Below are positions 58,655 to 64,000 of a DNA stretch of 64,000 nucleotides, in pieces (position 1 is the first letter of the stretch; every line of letters begins with the position of its first letter). The notes beneath the pieces were generated by a model. That model was not told the DNA's origin. It searched no databases and saw only the letters and a program-made list of their open reading frames with translations. Source of the DNA: the human T2T-CHM13v2.0 reference genome, Homo sapiens; the NCBI RefSeq assembly GCF_009914755.1, contig NC_060926.1; one strand, 5' to 3'. A program made the translations under genes and the position numbers.

Positions 58655-58915
58655 GAGAGCTACAGTCTGAATGTGTATGTCCCCCCCAAAATTCAGGTGA
58701 AACCCTCATCCACAAGGCAATGGTATTAGGAGATGCAGCCTTCTGGAGGTGATTAGGTAATGAGAGCAGAGCCCTCATGTATGAGATTAGTGCCCTTATA
58801 AAGTAAGCCCAAGGAAGCTTGTTCGCCCCTTCTGCCACGTGAGGGCACAGCAAGAAGGCACCATCTTAGAACCAGGAAGCGGGTTCTCACCAGATCTTGG
58901 ACTTCCCAGCTTCCA
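58655..58915 (+). mobile_element. MLT1A-like LTR fragment (ACMSD intron 1)
   Basis: 'gtcccccccaaaattc...gaggtgattagg...agccctcatg...gatcttggacttcccagc'. Confidence 0.75.
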
Positions 58916-58994
58916 AACTCCCTCTCCTTTCTATCACCAGCTATTGCTTTAAAGAGGGAGAGGAATTTTGTCCCAATAAACCAGGTTTCTTCTT

Positions 58995-59273
58995 TTTTTA
59001 TTTTTATGTATTTATTTTTATTTCCATAGGCTATTGGGGAACAGGTGGTGTTTGGTTACATGAGTAAGTTCTTTAGTGGTGATTTGTGAGATTTTGGTGC
59101 ACCCATCACCCAAGCAGTATACACTGCACCCAATTTTAGTCTTTTATCCCTCATCTGCTTCCCACCCTTTCCCCGAGTCCCCAAAGTCCATCGTGTCATT
59201 CTTATGCCTTTGCATCCTCATAACTTAGCTACCACTTATGAGTGAGAACATATGATGTTTGGTTTTTCATTCC
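58995..59273 (-). mobile_element. L1PB-like 3' fragment
   Basis: L1PB-type 3'UTR; 17-bp TSD AAACCAGGTTTCTTCTT at 58978 and 59274. Confidence 0.85.
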
Positions 59274-60697
59274 AAACCAGGTTTCTTCTTATGTAGTAGT
59301 CTCATATGCTGCAAGCAGACAGCTGATACACTTCATCATCACCATCTACATCATTTCCATCATTATAGTCATAACACTTCGTACTTCCAGGGAGAGACAG
59401 AGGGAGAAATAATTTACATAAACCTTGTGAAATATGCAGATAAGATTTATATTATTCACTTGACAGATGAGATGCTTGAGACTCAGAAATGAACCTAGAA
59501 TCCCAGAGCTATGAGAGGCCACCGTGGTCCCTCAAGAGCCTCCCCACCACCACACCCATCTTGAGAAAACTGGCCCAAGAGAGTACTACTGCTGGAATAA
59601 CCTTGACCTTCTTGCACAATGAAGAGACAGAAAAGCAGAATCAACACGCCTGAAGTGATGTTTAATTAATGATGATAATGGACTGGGATTTGAGAAATCT
59701 TTTCATTTTCGCTTGCTAATAATAATTTTAGTCAGAGTTACAAGTAGGGTTCTTGAAAAAAAAACATATCTGACGTATAAAGACAATGGATTCAGGGATA
59801 CTTGATCAAATTGTTTCTGATGAATGAGGACCCACACTCTCTGCTGTCACAAACAGGAGGTGGGGCCCAAGAAACAGTGGTGAAAGATGTTTCAGGTTGA
59901 TCTGCAATGGATTATTCACAGCAACAATGAGGATGATACAGTTTCAGCTTTTTCCTCCAGCAAGGCCTTACTGACAACCTACTGTCTGCCCAATAGTAGG
60001 GCTTGCAAAGATTCTTCTAATTATAAATGGAGCAAAAAATTCTGACCTTCAATTTAAAAATCATATACTTACACCTTCTTTCGTTAGCAATTGCACTTCA
60101 TCGATATAAGGCTTTAGAAGACAAAATCCTAGACATCATTTGATTTTTAGAAAATCCTTCTGAGGAGATAAATATCTGGTTTCATCACCCAGGAGGCTCA
60201 TTATTCACCTCATGGAGGTGTGATGTCTTCAAGACATTAACAATGTCATTCAGTTCATCCACTTTGATTCATACATGCCCATTTCAGAAACATATCTCTT
60301 GTATATAAAACTGAATTTCCTTGAATGTTTTCAATTGTTTATTTGGCATGCTCATAAATGCTGTGAGACACTGGTTATTGTCAGTCAAACACTTTCAGAT
60401 TGTAGATGTTTCCTGGCATATGCTCAGACCAAAACCACTCCCAGGGTCATAAATTTTAGACTCCAGGCTCGGCTCAACCTAGGATGAGAACTGCGGGGCT
60501 ACATCAAGCACAGACCTGGAGAAGAATAAAGTTGCCCTAAATAAGTTGAGTCTTTGCAAGGGGCCTGTGAGGTAAATTGGCACTTTATACTTTCCAGGAA
60601 AGGGAGGGAGGGACACAGAGGGACAAAAGGCTCTTTTCTTCATGGCTCTCCTTAGTTCTGACCCCAGGGTATTCTATTTGGGGTTGGAATAAGACTG

Positions 60698-60900
60698 TCG
60701 CCACAACTGCCACCCCTACCACCATCCCCACTGCTACTATCACCATGGCTGTCACTGCTAGCACCATCACCATCAGCCATCACGGGTACCACCATTGCCA
60801 CCATACTCACTACTTCAGCCACACCACTACCACCACCTCACTCCCTCCACCATGGCAATTAGTGCCCCCATCATCACCACCGTCACCATCAGCATCATTG
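60698..60900. repeat. Degenerate (CAC/CAT)n low-complexity tract
   Basis: Trinucleotide-periodic CAC/CAT/TAC run. Confidence 0.8.
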
Positions 60901-63477
60901 TTAGCATGAATGAAGCCTTGTCCACTGGCCAGGCCTGGTGTCAGCAGCTTTATATGCACTATCTCAGCTAATTCCCCTGAAAACTTATGTCCCCACCACT
61001 CCTCTTAGCCTCATTTCATTAACACACATAAGGATACAGTGACTTGGAGACATTTCACACCAACAAAGTCAAGTGCCTTGTAAGTGACTTGTTGCATGTG
61101 GGAGGATCCCTCTGCTCTGCCTTTCCTACCTCCCTATCCTTCCCCAGATGGAATACTTCTCTACCTGCTAACATATGGGTTACAGTTCCTTACAGAATTA
61201 CAAGAAAGTAACAAAGAAAGAGAGTGAGGAAGAAGCGGGAGAAAGCAGGCAGTAGAGAAAGAGGGAAATAAAACCTTTTCTTCTACATTAAGGATAAAAA
61301 TTCAATGGCAAATTTCTAATTTAAGAGCACATAGTCTTAAGTTCACTCTAAAGTGTAACTGATTAAGGTCATATTCCATTCCTCCCCCAACACACCTCTC
61401 TTGGCAGCTTTTTCCAGGGGAAAAGAAGGAAAAAGTACCAGGGCATTGAATGCATGAAGGGTGAGAGCAGGGGTTGAGGGCACAAGCAAAGGAGAGGCTG
61501 GATGCAGAGAGGAGAAACTGAGCTCCCTTGCCTGCCCAGCCTGCAAAACCGGTTCTGCTGATGTCACTGGGGAAGAAACAGAAGATAGATTTCTAAAGGC
61601 AATATGATAATTTGGGGCTAGGACTCAAGAACAGACCTTATACCTGGGTGGAATAAGACTGGTATAGAATTAATCCAAACCTTAAGAAGCTGTTGAGGCA
61701 GACCCCAGGCACAGACAGAGACACAAACACCTCTATGCTGCACCATGGCCCAGGCCCAGACCTTCCCCTCAGTCTAGTGGTGAAGGGAGCTAGGAAAGGA
61801 GTCCACCAAGACCTGACTCCCTACAGACAACTTCCCTGCACCACAGCATGAGAACCAACTGCTGTACCCTGGCCTCATCCAGCCACAAGTGAGAGGTTGA
61901 GTTGATGTTCAGTTTGCTTTACTCGTTGACCCATCACCGCTGACCAACTCAGAGCCATTAAGGAGCTCCCTCATGTAGCTATCTCCTGCCTCCATTCCTT
62001 CCCTCTGACACCACACTGTGAGAGCCATGCAGGAAGCGTGGAAATCCTGAACACTAGAAGATCCTCTGCAATCTGACCCCAGGACTACCTTTTCAACCTC
62101 CCTCCCAATACCGCAGCCCAAGGTGTTAGGTCAGCTCCCTCGCCAAGGCCCCCAGAGCACCTGTGCATCACAGTCACAGTGCGTCTCACACGCAATGAAG
62201 TGGCCCTTCAATTCCTTGCCTACCCCAGCCTTAACCTCCCAAGACTCTGCTCCACATGGGCTGGAACTAACCTTCACTTTTATTTTCTCTGCCCTAGTAA
62301 GGCTTGTCATAGATGGGACTCCATGAAAGCGTGAAGAAGGAATAATGATATGATGCAGTATGATATGATATGATAAAGTCAATAGTTATTTGAGTCATAC
62401 TTACCTATGTTTTCAGGCGGTGGCTTTCCACAGTTTTTATGCATGATCCCCAGGCGGAAATCTATTTTACATTATGACTCAGTACAAACATTTATATACA
62501 TTAAATGGGAAGAAAAATGTTATGAAACCATTACTTAATACACGGGAGACATTCTAATTTATTCTATTCCTTTCCATTCCTTTACTCTCTTATGTTTTCC
62601 AAGAAGCAGACCCTGAGACAAGGATTCAGATGCAAGTAGTTTGCTTTGGAGGTGATCCCAGGAAACACCAGTAGAGTGAGGAAGTGAGACAGGGAAAACA
62701 GGGCAGCCAGTGAAAGGTTTGTATTCCAGAGCAAAATGTGTGCCTCATCTCTGTGTTATCCTGACCGAGGGGTGGGGTACGGTGTGTTCAGTGTATTTAT
62801 ATACAACTCCCTCAATTATCTGTTAAGGGCATTGGGCCAAGGGGATGCAGGGGGCTAATTTCTTAGTACTTCTGACCTACTAGGATGGCTTGATCAAAGC
62901 AGGTTCCAGGAGAAAGCCCTCAGCCAGTGAAATGCAGGCGCTGGCTGATGGAGGTGGGCTGGCATGCACAGAAGTGTGAAAGCAAAGGGATATGAGCGGG
63001 ACACCAACAGCATCTGCTACATACATGATTTCCTGTTTTAAAATGTTTGAGTCCCTATCCACTAAACTGATATCACAATCTACACATGGATTGCAACCCA
63101 CAGTTTGAAAAGCAGTGTATTTCCTAAAGAGTGGTCCTTAGGAGCTATGTACTCCTGGTAGCCTGTGAAATGATTTTAGGTGGCACATGAACAATATTTT
63201 TTCATGTTAATCTTTATTTTAAAAATTCAAGCTGCATTAGGGGAAAAGATAAAACCAGCACTGCTGAGATAACAGAATTTTCTTCTTGTATAAATATATT
63301 GAAGGAAAAATGTAAGTGAATTTAATTGTAAATACTAAATAGGCGATACATGGGTATGGGGGAAATGGGAAGGCAATGCTTGAAAGGTGGAGCTCAGGAT
63401 CTTCTGCACTTAGCATGCCCCTTGATTGCAGCCTGGTCTTTGCTCTTTGACTCTAACTGTGCTTCTCCCCACTGCAG

Positions 63478-63522
63478 AGGTTTGGCTACGGAGGCTGGGT
63501 GCAGCTCCAACACCACAGCAAG
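63478..63522 (+). CDS. ACMSD: ACMSD coding exon 2
   Basis: Branch-like CTCTAAC (63451), pyrimidine tract, CTGCAG acceptor; encodes RFGYGGWVQLQHHSK; donor AAG|GTGAGT. In phase with exon 1. The gene continues beyond the window. Confidence 0.97.
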
Positions 63523-63751
63523 GTGAGTTTCTTCCAAAGTATGAACATCAGTAGCACTCAGGGAGAGCTGAGCCATGGGATACCTCACTGCAGGCTGGGC
63601 CTCCAGGGAACCCCACTCTTCTGCCCATGTATTAGCTTTGTTGTAGACAAGGGAACAGCACTGAGATTTCTCAGAATAATTGGGAAAAATGGAGGTGACT
63701 TCAAAGAGTAGTATTTAGGAAGATAAAATTGGAATTTGAGAACACATTAAA

Positions 63752-63754
<3 letters not shown>

Positions 63755-63806
<52 letters not shown>
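63755..63806. repeat. (TC)n microsatellite
   Basis: About 26 perfect TC units. Confidence 0.95.
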
Positions 63807-63808
<2 letters not shown>

Positions 63809-64000
63809 CTCTCCCCACCCCCACCAACCAGTTTTAGCATTTATTGCTCTGCCTGGAGGAAGTGACCTAGTGCTCTCTACAGGTTATTACAGTATATTAA
63901 AGCTGACCAAATAAATGGGACAGTTAGGTTTGAGCACAAGCTGGAAAAATTGAACACTGGAGACAAAGGGGAGAAGACAGTGTTATTAAGGGTTGAGTTT

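Noticed and set aside
60577-60909. Thr/His/Pro-rich mucin-like ORF in ACMSD intron 1
   Set aside because: Product of the (CAC)n low-complexity tract; TTG start and no exon support.
63499-63711. 70-aa ORF starting MQLQHHSK
   Set aside because: It is the end of ACMSD exon 2 read through the GT donor into intron 2.

Overview
Primate genomic DNA, very likely human. The right end carries the first two coding exons of ACMSD (+ strand, 56940..56996 and 63478..63522) and its proximal promoter; from memory this is the 2q21.3 TMEM163-ACMSD interval. The ~56 kb upstream is mostly transposable elements: a HERV9/LTR12 provirus (- strand) inserted into an AluJ, a full-length L1PA2/3-like element with an intact ORF0, a 5'-inverted L1, about 20 Alus/FLAMs, and MaLR, MER and Charlie elements. 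It also holds a VDAC2 processed pseudogene and a tailless half-tRNA-Met retrocopy. Most ORFs in the supplied track are repeat-derived or spurious, and the track does not recover the ACMSD exons as such. I see no evidence of a new multi-gene system. The best oddities are a tandem tRNA-Lys + tRNA-Arg double primer-binding site and unequal LTRs in the HERV9, a locally templated copy of the VDAC2 pseudogene inside a Charlie1, the half-tRNA retrocopy with TSDs, and a micro-triplication plus uORF at the ACMSD promoter. Subfamily names come from visual recognition, not RepeatMasker.
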